DNA of 64,000 nucleotides from Lama glama (Eukaryota): the NCBI GenBank assembly GCA_028534125.1, contig CM052829.1:18662001-18726000 (forward strand), written 5' to 3'. This document shows, in pieces, positions 13,215 to 26,112 of this stretch. Below the pieces are notes generated by a model. That model made no database searches. It saw only the letters and a list, made by a program, of their open reading frames with translations, and was not told the origin of the DNA. The number at the start of each line of letters is the position of its first letter. The stretch's first letter is position 1. A program made the translations under genes and the position numbers.

Positions 13215-13430
13215 AGCATTTATTAAGCACTTCTTTTATTCCAGGCCCTGGACTACGTTACTTCACTTCATGACATGTTTACAACAACCCAATGCTTAAG
13301 ATACTAGCATCACAATGGAGAGGAAACCATTCAGAAAAGTCAGAGAAGATGACTATGGTTGCACCTTATGTAACCAGCAGGTAATAAATAGCACAGCAAA
13401 TACAGACCCTGAGCGCTTCTCCACTGCAGA
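13215..13430 (-). mobile_element. MIR SINE
   Basis: 'gcatttattaagcactt...ccaggccctgg...acaacaacccaatg...gaggaaaccattcagaaaagt'. Confidence 0.6.
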
Positions 13431-14009
13431 ACTGTCTCTTTCTTCAGGCATTGGTTTGCTTTAAGGTATAAAGCAATAAGTCCTAAGCAGCAACTCCAGA
13501 AAAATCCTGGAGAGTCCACCAGAATGAAAGGAAGACTTCTTCATTGTTAAGTAGCATTAGAATTGAAATTGTAACAGGAGTCAAGTGATGTCAAAATAGT
13601 CCCACATCAAAACAATTTAGTCAAAGTGGTTGTAACAATATGTTGTGTATCTGCCATCAAGGGCCAAGGAAGGGAATGAGATCCACTAGGTGAGGACAGA
13701 TAGTCTCTGGGGGAACTGGGTTGAGTGTCTAACAGACAAGAAGTTCGGGGACGTGATGCAAAATCCCAGGTGTAGTAACTGGCCCCCCATTTGTGAGTCT
13801 AGTAGGGAAACTGTTATGAACTACACTTAGAACCACATAGCTGAGGAGTTTTGCTGCTTGACCTCTCTGGTTAGTTTTTGCTTCTGCTTAGAATGCATCT
13901 CCTCTTTAGTTTTGTGGGTTAATCCTGCCCACCCCGCACAAGCCAGGAAGTTTTCCCCTGCATATCTTCCTCTCCCCAGGTCTTTCTCCTCTCAATCTCC
14001 AAACTGATT

Positions 14010-14270
14010 AAAAATTTTAAAAATGATTTTAGGTTTTCAGAAAAGTTGCAAAGACATTATAGAAAATCCCTGTATGGCCCTCATTCAGCATCCCTGAAGG
14101 TTAACACGTAAACAATGGTAGCGCATCTGTGCAAACTAGGAAATTAACAAAGATACAGTACTGCAAACTAGAGCAGAGTCTTAATTTGGATCCCACTGGT
14201 TTTTCCACTAGTGTGCTTTTCTGTTCCAGGATCCAGTCCGGGATATCACACTGCATTTAGTCACCACACT
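14010..14270 (-). mobile_element. L1MC 3' end
   Basis: 'tttaggttttcagaaaagttgcaaaga...tttttctgttccaggatccagtccgggatatcacactgcatttagtca'. Confidence 0.75.
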
Positions 14271-14299
14271 TTTAAAATCTTATATTGTTATTTGTGACT

Positions 14300-14930
14300 C
14301 ACTTACCATTCTTTACTTTGCATTTGAATAATTTGCAGACATTTATCCATCTACTAGACTGAAATCATCTTGACAAGTCTGATTCATTGTTACCTTGAAG
14401 CAACTTGTACTGATTACATGCTTAGTAAATATTTATTGTTATGCCTAAAGTAAATGACTAAGGATCTATCATTTCTTCACATTCTCGTCGACTCTTTTTT
14501 GCTCTTGTTGGCCCTTCAATTGCCAGTTGGTTCTAAACTCACCCACTTCTAAACATTTGCATACCCAGGCCTCAGACTTTGGGCCACTTCTCTTGTTTTT
14601 TCTGTGCTGTAGGTGCCAGGTAAGTGATCTCATCTAGTTTTGAGGCCTTAATATACTTCAAATATACTAGTAGTTCTAAAGTTGTACCTCTAGCCCAGAC
14701 TGTGGTCCTAAGAGCTAGACTGCCTTCCTGATCTCTGACGCTGTGCTCTCATTGGAGGCTTGAAATGAACACATCCAGAACAGCTGCTCGTCACCCCCAC
14801 CACCTCTTAGCCTGCTGTTCCAGACCTCATCCCCACCTCCGTAAGTGCAGCTCTGTTTACTCAAGTCAAATACCTGCGAGTCTCCTTCTCGCTTTCTCTC
14901 TTACAGCCCACATCTAGCCTCTCAGAAGAT
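14300..14930 (+). mobile_element. L2 fragments
   Basis: 'ctactagactga...tgcttagtaaatatttattg' (3' end) and 'ccaggcctcagactttgggccacttctctt...tgatctcatctagtt...tctagcccagac' (ORF2). Confidence 0.6.
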
Positions 14931-15020
14931 ACTGGTTCAGAAAGGTTTAATGATTTGAACGATTTTCCCAAAGGTCACAGAGTGGCGGGAGAATTGGACT
15001 CAAATCCAGGCTTTTTTCCA
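14930..15020 (-). mobile_element. MIR core fragment
   Basis: 'ggttcagaaagg...cccaaaggtcacagag...ggactcaaatccagg'. Confidence 0.55.
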
Positions 15021-15304
15021 ATTGTCTTACAGCTACTTTGAGCATTAGAGGCTGCAACAAAAAATTAAATTCGTACCTTTGGGTCCAGCTAGGGGCATCG
15101 GGCAGAAGGAGTATTCGAGTCAGCTAAAGGACAAAGGTAGGAGGACGTAAACACTGGAAGGTAAAGCGAATGGGAGCCTCCAAACGTGGGGAAATAAGAC
15201 CTGAGCAACTTCAATGGGGAGGTTATGAAAAAAGGAGAGTAGACACTAGTAACCAGAAGGCCTTGTGAACAGGGATCTCAATCAAGGGTCTCTTCTGCAT
15301 ACTC

Positions 15305-15810
15305 TTTTATTCAATCATTTATTCACCAAATTGGTGCCAGGCACTGTCGTAGGAAGCATAGCAGTGAAAAAGAGAAATGAGATTCGTGCTTTCATAGTTT
15401 TTACATTTTAGCAACAGAAAAGATAGACAATAGTCAAGCAAACAAACAAATGCAAAATGTTCAAGTAAAGAGAACTGTTCTGGAGACAATAAAGCTAGAA
15501 AGGGTAATGGCAGCTACGAAGGCCAGAGAAGTCACTGTGAGGAAACGACATTTGAGCTGAGCCATGAAGACTGAAGGGAGAGCATCTCAGAGGAAACAGC
15601 AAGTGCACAAATGTAAACATTAAATTAAATTAAAAAGTGACTTAGAATGTTCTAGGAAAATAAATAAGAGCAGTGTGGCTAGAGAGTAATGGAGGAGCAG
15701 AGTAGACATGAAATCAGTGGGATGGGGGGGGCGCGACTGTAGACGGCTTCACGTGTCCTGGAAAAGCATGTGTTTTAGTCTAAGGGCAGTGGGAGCTATG
15801 ATCTAATGGA
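15305..15810 (-). mobile_element. L2 (L2a/b-like) 3' region
   Basis: 'attcaatcatttattc...gtgccaggcactgt...gacatttgagctgag...cagtgtggctagag...tctaagggcagtgggagc'. Confidence 0.75.
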
Positions 15811-16293
15811 AAATGCATAAGGACTGTATGCTAGTTTGTTGACATTTTGCAACCTGAGCTGAACATCTGGCTGAAATGGGGAATGGAGTGTGGCTGAGCT
15901 AAATCTTGATGCTGACTAGGATAGCTAACCAAAAAAAAAAAAAAATCATGAGATAATTCATAATAGTTCAATCTCTCTTTCTCCAGCAGAGCACTTAATC
16001 TCAGCAGAATCTTATTTTAATCCTCACATCATAACAGAGGACCAGAACCTAAAAATTCCATTCTTTAGTGGTGATATCCACCACTGGTAATGAAATTGCT
16101 GTTTAAGGCTAACATTAGCTTTGTCATTACTGGCAAATAAATACTCTATACATAGTTCTTAAATGGATGCATGGAAGGAAGCTAGCTAGCCTCAGAAGAA
16201 GAAGGAACCACACTTTCTTCTAATAAGGTGTTCAGAACATCCCATGAGAGTCAGGACGAGGTGACTTAGGTAGCAATACGCTGACCTGGCGAG

Positions 16294-16340
16294 TTTCCCT
16301 CTCTCTCCCCCTCTCCCCCTCTCCCCCAATCTCCCTCCCC
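16294..16340. repeat. Pyrimidine tract (CTCTCCCC)n; G4 motif on the - strand
   Basis: Five C-runs of 3-5 nt at 16307-16340. Confidence 0.7.
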
Positions 16341-18659
16341 ATTAATCCTCCAGTGAAATTTAAGTCTATCAAGTTGAAGTACCAACCTGTGCTTGTCAGG
16401 AATTTGAATTCTGGAGAAAAGAAACCAAGAAAGCGGGACTGTATAGCAGACATATTTTGCTGCTACTTTAAAAATGCTGCATCAGATTACTCAGATTTTA
16501 ATATCTTCATTTTCTCTTCAGTTTGTAATTACCATTAGGATTCTATCAACAACAAAATTTTAGCCAATTATGCTACTGAGTGCTGTGTTAAAAAAAAACA
16601 ATTACAGATGGCAATCTAGTTCACAAATCTCTTTTATAAAAATAAAATAATTCGTTAAGTTGGTTTACTGGTCAGACAAAAAATTAAAGCAAAGAGTTTG
16701 GGGTTTGTTTCTTATTTAGCGTTGGTCAGTTGCACACAAGAAAACTGGCAGGAGAAACTGCGGTACTTTCCATTTTGTAAAGGTTGCCAAGTAGAGTCAA
16801 TTTATTTCCAGAATAACCTTGAAAAACGTTCTCCTAATTTTCAGCAGATATAGTTTTACTGAAAAATTTTTGGCCATTTAATTGGGGTCTTTCATTTAAA
16901 TATCTTTCCTCTTCCTATTTTTTTTAGAGTGTACAATCTTTTTGATAGAGTGATATAAATCTCGGGTTTCTACCACACATCAGCATGTGCTGAACACTCA
17001 ATTCTATAAAAAATCTGACTCAGCAGGAAGAATAAAAATATGACATGCTTGTCGTCTGGAAGGCCCACTGAAAACATCACTATCCACATCTCTGAAAGTT
17101 TTCTTCTAGAAGCTCATTGTTCCCGTCCATCCAAAATCGTTCTTCAAAAGACTCAAAAAGGGAGAATGAACAAAGCAAACTGTATGAGGGAGAAGCACAA
17201 AATAGACTCGGAACAGCTGGGTCCTATAGGATCATATTTAAACAGTATTTTGTTGAAAGTGGTGTTTAGACACACACATGCGTCTGTGGGCATGTGAACA
17301 CTTCAATTTCACGTGTTTATCAATTCACAGCCATAAAGTGGAGTGGATTGGAGAGGACCACAAGGAGAACACCAGTCATCGTCTACCCAGATATAGCCCA
17401 ACACAACTCTCCTTGAGGGAGTGTAATTTTCTGCGGTGTTGTTTTTTACGAATCCATTACCGACAGGTTGTACGTTTAGAATTTTAGTAGTAATTTTCTT
17501 TCACTAAACGAATTTTAAAATGACATATGTACCAAGCTACACATTGAACTTAATCGTTCCAGTGATGACTGGCAATTCAGTTAACGCTCCTTGAGTGACA
17601 AGCATCATGTTCTCTGTGTTGTGACATTTCTGTGATGGTGGATGCTTTCAGCCACTGGTTTGGTGTCACGTGAAGGTTCCATTTCAGATTGAGGTCTCCA
17701 GCCATCGTGTGAGAAAAATCTCAAATGAATATCAAAAGCATGATTTATCTTTAAAAAGTCAAACTGAAGTTTGTGGAGGAAAAATCAGTGAGTGTTTAAT
17801 GGATGGAACAGAGATTGGAAACATCTGACAGAACAGTAGGAAACTTTGTACTGTTTTGAATGCCTCACCACTACTCACACCATCTGTCATGCATTTCTCA
17901 TGAAATAAACAATTTTCAGAACTGTTTTGTCCAGGAAAGAGACATTTTACATTTTATTGATTTATTTACTCTACATGGAGTTAAAGTGATGGTGTTAAAA
18001 AAAAATCGCTTGTGAAGGCGATACTTTCATGCTAATAGCCAGTCGTTTCCTTTAGTTGAAAGTATTTCTCGAGGATATCTGTGGTGGAGATGTATTATAA
18101 TAGATAGATAGACTGGGAAATGTAGGGGGTGGCCCTAAAGGAGAGGCAGCACTGCCAAGAGCAAACGCTGAAATTCCTGCCACTTTTATTTCCCCAGATC
18201 AGAGTTTCTGAGAAAGGTCTGGCTGATAGAAGGAACCGGGGGAAGGGAGAGGAAAGATGATTCTTCTCTGGGGTGGGGAGAGGGTCTCTTTCATAAAATT
18301 CTTAAACTGGTGCCACAATCTGGACATATTTTCACACTGGAGGAAATATAACAGTCTCTTCATTATTTACAATTTTCATACTATGTCTCAGTTGATTATA
18401 TGAGTCTCCTCTCACCACAAGAAATTATGTTTTCTTAATAACTTATTGTTTCCTTAATAGTTCAGGGGCATTTTCCACAACTGCTGGATGACTTTGACCC
18501 TTGACTTGACTTTGACCGTTGATGGCTTGTGAGAATGTTTTTAACCTCAGATTTCTAGGATTTTTTCCTACTTAAAATAATTTTCACCTTCAGTGTTTCT
18601 CCCTTTGTTTCTTCCTTTCTCCCAGTGCCACTGTTTGCAGACTCAAGGAGACGAGTGCT

Positions 18660-18845
18660 GTGATCCTAGGCTCTGAACCCAGCCTCAGCTTCCGTGCAGC
18701 TCTGTGTCCTTGGACAAGTTACCTCACCTCCTGTTTCTTCAATCCTAAAAGGGCCATGGGGATGCATGCTCCTCGGGGCTGTGGTGAAGGCTGAGTGAGA
18801 TAATGCATGTAGAGCATCTGGTTCATATTAGGAAATAAATGTTTA
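18660..18845 (+). mobile_element. MIR SINE
   Basis: 'ctctgtgtccttggacaagttacctcacctc...ggggctgtggtgaaggctgagtgagataatgcatgtagagc'. Confidence 0.75.
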
Positions 18846-19745
18846 TTCCCGCCCCACACTTATTTCCTCTGTTTCTTTAATTGTTATTCCCATTACTGTA
18901 TCTGTCTTTCACCCCCAGCTTCTCCTGCTCCCCTGTGTTCATGGCGCTGCTCTGTCCTCCTCCCGGATGGATGACGAGCCGGAGGTGCAGTGTACTGAAG
19001 CCATGCATTCTCCCAACTTCTATGCTACCTTCAACACAGCTGTGGGGCTCCACAATTCATACCTCGTAGAGCAATGAAAAGTAGCAAGAGTTCTAAAACC
19101 ATCAGGCCGATTCTGGCTTTTACTCATGCTTTTCAAATTTAAATTTCTTTCACCTCCACATTCCTGAGGTCCAGCCATATTTTGTTGTTTTCTTCCTGTA
19201 CCCTCCCCGTATAGCTCTCTATAATTTCATCATTCCTTTGCTGTCTATTAACATCTTTTTCTCCTTTTGGACTATCCTTTAATTGTGTATCCACTTGAGA
19301 TTAAGAGTGATTTCTTCTGGTTAAATCCACTGGCTTCGCATGGCTAAATTTAGTTGCCCCGTGTTGATCTTAATGCTACTTACTGGCCTTAATGCTGATT
19401 ACTGGCCTTGCTGTTTAATCTGCTCTTTTGTGGTAGCCCTTATGTACTCACATCTCTCGCCTAGTTCTACATTCTCACACTTGGCATAGCTTCACATTAT
19501 GATACTTTCTTATCTAAAACATCTTTTGTGACTACTTTTTCTTTTCCCTTTTGCCAGGCACTAAGAAAATCCAAAACTCCATCTATTTTCCATTTTATTT
19601 GCTATGANNNNNNNNNNNNNNNNNNNNNNNNNNNNNNNNNNNNNNNNNNNNNNNNNNNNNNNNNNNNNNNNNNNNNNNNNNNNNNNNNNNNNNNNNNNNN
19701 NNNNNNNNNNNNNNNNNNNNNNNNNNNNNNNNNNNNNNNNNNNNN

Positions 19746-20116
19746 GTCTCACAGTCTGTCATCTGCCGGCAGAAGTACCAGGAAAGCTGGTTGTATAATT
19801 CAAATAGGCTGTTGCTATAAGTCCTACAGTCCGAAGGCCCAAGATTTAAGGGCGGGAAAAGATGGCTGTCCCAGCTCAAGAAGAGAGAAGAACTTCACCT
19901 GTCCTTTGCCTTTTTGTTCCATTCCCATCCCAATGAATGAGATGATGGTCTCCCAGCCCCTCTGTTGGTGAAGCTGGACCTCTGTACTCAGTCTACTGAA
20001 TCAAATGCTGATCTTTACCAGGGACACTCTCACAGACACATCCAGAAATACTCTTCCACCAGCAGTCTGGGCATCCCTTAGCCCAGTCAAGTTGACACAT
20101 AAAACTGAGCATCACA
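19746..20116 (-). mobile_element. ERVL MLT2 (MLT2B/D-like) 3' LTR, partly in a gap
   Basis: 'tactcagtctactgaatcaaatgctgatct...ctcacagacacatccagaaat...ggcatcccttagcccagtcaagttgacacataaaactgagcatcaca'; LTR starts TGTGAT at 20116 on the - strand. Confidence 0.85.
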
Positions 20117-20232
20117 AGTCCACCTCTTGTCAACTAGGCACCCATAGGCATCTCAAACCATACTTCATTTTCAAGTAAGGACAGTTAACAAGGTCATAAT
20201 TCTGCCTAATGTGATACAACGGTACTGTGTAC
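20117..20232 (-). mobile_element. ERVL internal 3' end with polypurine tract
   Basis: 'agtccacctcttgtcaact' (reverse complement ...gacaagaggtggact) abuts the LTR, like the HERVL PPT. Confidence 0.7.
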
Positions 20233-20238
20233 ACAGAG

Positions 20239-20573
20239 TGCCATGACCTTAGTGTCTGTGTACTCCCCAAATTCTTATGTTGAAATATTAATCCCTAAAG
20301 GTGACCTTATCAGTAGCTGGGGGACTTTGAGAGGTGATTAGATTATGAACGTGGCACCGTCATGACTGGGAAATGCTCTTCTGAAAGAGATGGCACAGAC
20401 TCCCTAGTCTTCCCACCACAGGAGGAAGCAGGAAGCCTGGGACCCAGAAGAGGGTCCTCACCCTACTCGCCATTCTTGGACTGCCAGCCTCAAGAACTGT
20501 GAGTCAGTGTCTGCTTCCTATTAGCTGCTCCATCACTGGTAGTTTGTTATCACAGCCTGAATGGATCAAGACA
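20239..20573 (+). mobile_element. MaLR solo LTR (MLT1A-like)
   Basis: TG...CA ends; 'ccccaaattcttatgttgaaat...tttgagaggtgattagatt...cttggactgccagcctcaagaactgtgag...tttgttatcacagcctgaatggatcaagaca'. Confidence 0.85.
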
Positions 20574-22249
20574 GACATTTTCCTCCTGCAACCTCCTGTA
20601 GATCCTTCCAGTCTTTCCCCTCCTTTTACTTTAAACAGTTAACTATAATCAAATGTTAAAATGCCACTTTAAATGTCCCTACCTTGTTCAGAAACTTGCC
20701 AGACTTCTCAATTGTCTCTTTCTTAAAATCAGTACTGAAACCAAGTTTCAAGCCTTCTCACCCAGTAGAGTCCTAAAGTCTGCTTAATCTTTATTTTTCT
20801 CTGTAGGTATTTCTAAGTCCACACAGACATCTAGGTATGTAGAAAAGAATCCTGCAGTGAATACATTATTTTGGATTCTCCTTGGCCAATGTTTATCTGG
20901 TCATAAAAGGTGGAGAAGCACATGTGCAGAAACCATCATAGAGAAAGTGGAGAAAACAAGTGATTCGTTTGTGGTTCTGAGTGTCAACTTACATCAAGGC
21001 ACCTGTTCCTACCTGTGTATGAGCTCCCTAGCTTTACTCAGTCAGAGAGCTGTTGGGGACTGTGTCAAATCATTCAGGTGGTCAGCTATTACTTCATGTA
21101 AGCAAGATTCGTTGTCTTATTGGCCAAATAGTAAAACCTTAGCTTTCTAGCTCTGCTTTCTAACAGCATCAAAGCCAAGTATTCGAAGAAAACCACCTCT
21201 TTCACAAGCACCATCCAATGGCCTCCATGCTCTGTGTTGCGTTTATTACAAGCACTGGTGACTTAGTGCCCACATTCCTGGCCTGATCCCCACAGTGTCT
21301 GCGGTAGGGCAAGGCTAATTGGCTCATATTCAGCCAGCATGTCCAAGGACGGAGATTCTTCTTTCTCACTTGGCTTCTAGATTCTCTCTCTCTCTCTCTC
21401 TCTCACTTCGTGGTCTCTCTCTAAAGCCCTTTCCTTTCAGTATTTGCAGAGCCACCAAACTGATGCCTTTCTGGCGTAGTGTTTGGACTGTTGAAACCAG
21501 GTTGGTCTCCCTGCCATTGGTCCTTGGTGACTGGAATCTATCCTGCCTGTCACGGCAAGGGTGAGAGTTGCTGGGGCAGAGCGTGGAGTCCCTCCGCTTG
21601 CTGCTCCAAGACTTTAACGCCCTCTCATTCAGGTTGCTTCGTGTGAGGACAGCCAGGAACCTGCCTTCATCCAGCACTCTGCCCTCAGTTCCAAGCAAGG
21701 CTTACACTTGACTCTAACTGGGTCTTTGTCCTCTCCTTTTTCAAGAGGGTATCTTCCCCTGCAATATTCTGCTACTTTCTTCCTGCCCTGTTTCCCAATT
21801 TCCATTTATTGAAACCCAGTCTATACTTAAAAAAATCCAGTCTGAATTCTACCTCCTCCAGGAAGGCTTTCCAGTATTCCTTCAAAAGTGGTTTGTTATT
21901 GCTTTGAATTATAATTATCTGTTACCTGCGTTATAAACATAAGATTCTTTAAAGCTCTAGATCTACCAGGGGAGCTAACACTTCACCTTGCCCCTAAAAT
22001 TATTTTCTCATTGCTTCAATTGACTCCATCAATTATGATCTTCTCATTTTATTATCCGCAGCTCTTGTTTCCCTCTTTCCCAGTATGTTCTTCGGGACAT
22101 ACTGGCGTATCTCCTTTAGAAATGCTTAAAGTAGAACGAGGCATTGGGTTTACCTGGGAAGTTAAGAACTGGTTATTAGAAAGCAGGGAATGGTAGGTGA
22201 GCAATATATGTTAATTGGATAGATAAACATAAAAACAATACCTTTCTGT

Positions 22250-22835
22250 TTTATTTCCTTATAATCCATTTTCTACACCACAGCCAGAGATCTTTCATCT
22301 TCTCATGTTGTTCATCTGTTTCACTCTTTAAAGTCTTGTCATTGATCTTAGGATGTGTAAACCCTTAAAAGTTCTTGATATGACCAGGTTCCAATTTACC
22401 TTTGCAGCCTCCGATTTCTCCACCACTCCACTCATCCTGTCACATTGAACCTCTTGTCGCTTTGAAGGGTCTTTACTCTCATGGGTGGGGGTGCTTTCTA
22501 AATGCTGTTGCCTCTGTAGGACATAATCTTCCTGTCCATCTGCCAATCTCATTCCTCAGCAAATTCCAACTCATTCTCTGGGTCTCAGCTAAGATGTAAT
22601 TTCTTCTGGGATGATCCCTCTGACTGTCGAGGACAGGACAGGTGCCTTGTAAGATTCTCTTACAGATACCATGCTTCTCCAGTGTGGGTCCATGTTCTTA
22701 CTGCCCATTTATCTGCATGAATCCCCCACTACATTAACTATGGAAGTGCAGGGCTGAGCCAGTCTTGTAAACCACTTGTATGTACCCCAGCATATCCTAG
22801 GTCACCAAAATTCAATCTGGTACAAATGAATGGAT
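22250..22835 (+). mobile_element. L2 3' region
   Basis: 'atccattttctacaccacagccagagatcttt...tctcagctaagatgtaatttcttctggga...ccccagcatatcctag...aaatgaatgga'. Confidence 0.65.
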
Positions 22836-24589
22836 ATATACATTTCTCTCTCTCTCATATTATCTGTGATTTTGTGTGTGTGTATTTCATGACAGGTCTG
22901 ATGAGTGACAGGTTGGAAGCTCTTGACCTTCAACTTCAAATTGTGTCACATACAAAATATTTCTTCTAATTTTTATCTTTGATAAACCTTCACTTATCAT
23001 CTACATAAAATATCTTCCTGACTCCTTTCTGACTTCTTCCTTCAGAATTATTTTTAATATTCCCCTCCTCCAGATATGGTTCGTCACGCTGACCGAAACA
23101 ATGCATCATTCTTTGAGCACAGGGCAACCATTTTGCACATTATCTTGAGCAAAGTTTGCTTTCACATTTGTTTTCTGATTTAAAATAAACTAGACTAATG
23201 GGACTAATGTTCTTACATTATTCACTCTGCCTTTTATTCTTGTTACTATTACTACTACTAGTATTATTTTACTTCTGCAAACTCTCTGTAGCCTGAAGCC
23301 CATTAGGAAGTGTTAGAAATCATTTACTTCTTCATAATTAGGAAAAATGGGGAAACTAGACTACGGTTACCACAGTGCATCCTATGTTGATGTTCTCAGT
23401 AAGTCTGTGAAGGAAGGCTTTCCATCACCAGCAGATACAGACTAAAAGAAAAGTATCACAGGGTATTCCAAAATATAAATAAATTTTTACTGGCGATTTT
23501 TGATCCTTTTCATCCATCTCCTGGCCCATTAGCCCCTGGCCTATTGACGAAGTCAGAGGTCTTCATTCCTTATCTTTCAAAGGCTGAATGATACCTTTAA
23601 GAAACCATGCAACAGAGATTCAACATTCAGTAGAATCATGCAAATCTAGGAGCCCAGCTGGAGCCCAGTCCACATAGTAAAGTGATGCTGTGACCGAAAC
23701 AGAGTTCCACACTCTTCAGTCTACTCCCACCCAACTTTCTGCTTTGCTACCACCTACCATCACCCGCCCCCACCTGCCCCTCTTGCAGCTCTGCCTGTTG
23801 CCTTTCATTTCATCTACAGGCTCATGATCTAGCTCTTGCCTTCTGCTTTGACAAAGGACAGCAAGATTGTTTGATTTCTCGAACTGGCCAGGACCCTTTC
23901 TCATAAGTGTAATTCTGGGCCCTGTTGCCTCCCTGGACCCATGTTGGCTGCTAGCTCGAATACGTATAAGCCACGTGGAAATGGGGACTGTGAGATCCTT
24001 GAGTTTTTGTCAATGTCACTATTCTACAAGTGAAAGCATGCAATTGTTGAACCCACCCTACTTCACAGGAGAGATACTTTCTTTTAGGTTTTTTGCTTCA
24101 ACTGGAAAAGTTTATAATCTTCTGGACTCTGTCATGTTCTTTTTCTGTAATAACCATTTTGTAATGTCACTTTTATGATTCCAAAATCGTAGGCATGAAC
24201 AATATAACCTACATACTCAAAGTTTCAAGAAAAATCAATAAAAATGTACAAACTAATATAAGAGGGAAATAAGAGAAAAATAATTTACAGTAGATTAGCA
24301 TGGGCTTCATTATATAAATGCTCAGGAATAGACATTCTAGAAGCTATAACAGTACAGTCAGATGGTTGCACCTACGTACCAAACAAACTTATAACAGCTA
24401 CAAAGGCAGGCGGGTAGAGGTATATTTTCTATGGAGACTCAAATAACACATATAAGTGGTGCTACTGTCAAAATGTGATCTTCAAAAGAGTGGTAAAGTC
24501 CAAACATAACAAAATACAATCTTCCCCCTGGGAAATGCAGTGTTGTTATATGACATGGAATTATCTTCTAGACTTAGATAATATAAACA

Positions 24590-24823
24590 GGCTTTTAACT
24601 TTTACAAATACCTTGTGCAACACTGACAAGTTATGTGTAACGCAAGATAATTTTTTGTCTGGACTGTCATATGTATTCCAGGACATCTGGCATTCCTGGA
24701 CCCTGCTTACAGACCTAGTCAAAGCCAGTAGTTTCTTCATTGTGGTGACAACCAAAAATTATTCCTTCTGCCATTTATAAAATGCCACTAAGAGGCCAGC
24801 AGAACTCCCACTGAGAACCACTG
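24590..24823 (-). mobile_element. hAT-Charlie MER20-like DNA transposon (may extend left to ~24160 as a longer variant)
   Basis: 'ggactgtc...caggacatctggcattcctggaccc...gccagtag...gtgacaaccaaaaat...tgagaaccactg' matches the reverse complement of MER20. Confidence 0.7.
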
Positions 24824-24899
24824 CTTTAAATTACTCATCTGCCAGAGAATGTGGACAGGGAGCAAGAAGCAGTGGCAGAGGTGGTGGGGGTGTGAACTG

Positions 24900-25070
24900 A
24901 CATTTATTATGTACCTATTATGTTGCAATGTCTGTGAAAAAATCTTACATATGTTTTAACTTCATCTTCAAAATTGATCTTTGCAGTAGGCAACCTAGAG
25001 AGGTTGCATGACTCACTCAAATTCACACAGCTGAGAGGTAATGAGCTGACTTGAGCTTGGCTCCATTGCC
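24900..25070 (-). mobile_element. MIR SINE
   Basis: 'catttattatgtacctattatgt...ctagagaggttgcatgactcactcaaattcacacagctg'. Confidence 0.65.
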
Positions 25071-25369
25071 GGTAGCATGTTGGCTCTCGCACAGGCTGTG
25101 TAGAAAACGAAGAAATGGTCAATGTCACACACACAGTGAGAGAAGCCCCTTCATGGAAATTTCAAGAGGGCTCCCAGCTGAGCCATGCCAGATGCATGAA
25201 AGCCAGGCCAGGCAGAGAACGTCAGTCAAGCTATTCACAGGCTCCAGCTGAGTGAGGTCCGCTCCACTGCTGTACAGCCGAGTCTAAATCTTGGCCCAGG
25301 ACCCAGCCCCAGAACAATGCTGCTCTCTATGGGATTCTTCTTTTTTTCCTTTCAAAAAAAAAAATTCAT

Positions 25370-26010
25370 TGTTTTCCTTCTTATAATAGAAATAATAGAT
25401 GCTCATTGTAAAATATTCCTACAACACAGGAATGTATAAAATGGGAAGAGAAAATTCTGAATCCCATCACTCAGTGATAATTGCTGCTAACCAGTTGGTA
25501 TACATCCTTTGGAATTTTCCCTGGAGTGTATAAACAGTCATTTTAAATGAGATTACACTATACGTACTGATTTTAACTTACTATTTTTATTTAACAATAT
25601 ATTGTGACTGCTTACCCTTGTCGATATACAGAAAACAGTCCCTCTCCCTTATTTTTAATGGTTGCATAAAATAAAATTGTTTACTCTTGCACTTGGTCCT
25701 TAAGGAAACTTTGCCTAGGGGAAACAGACCACAAAAAGTAAGTTCCGTTTTGTTTTGTCTTTGGTTTTCTGCCATCACAGACAATGCTACAAATGGACAT
25801 CACTGGGCACATGTAACTTTGCACAAGGGTGTAACTACACCCACAGGATGAGTTCCGTTCCTAGAAACTGAATTGTCGAATTGCCCTCTAAAGGGCTGTA
25901 CCAATTTACAATTATACCAATGGTACATGAATATCTCAATTCTCTGCACCCCAGCAAACTCTAGTTGTTAACAATTCTTTTTTTTTTAATTGGTTCTGGG
26001 AAAATGGTGC
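25370..26010 (-). mobile_element. L1ME 3' region
   Basis: 'aataatagatgctcattgtaaaatatt...atcccatcactcagtgataattgctgctaac...aattgccctctaaagggctgtaccaatttaca'. Confidence 0.65.
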
Positions 26011-26112
26011 ATGTTCCTTTATTTTAAAAATACAATTAAGTATATGAGAAAGTAATAATCTCTTGAAGTCACACCCTTCAAGAATTTCTATTGAAATATT
26101 TCACTGTGTATC

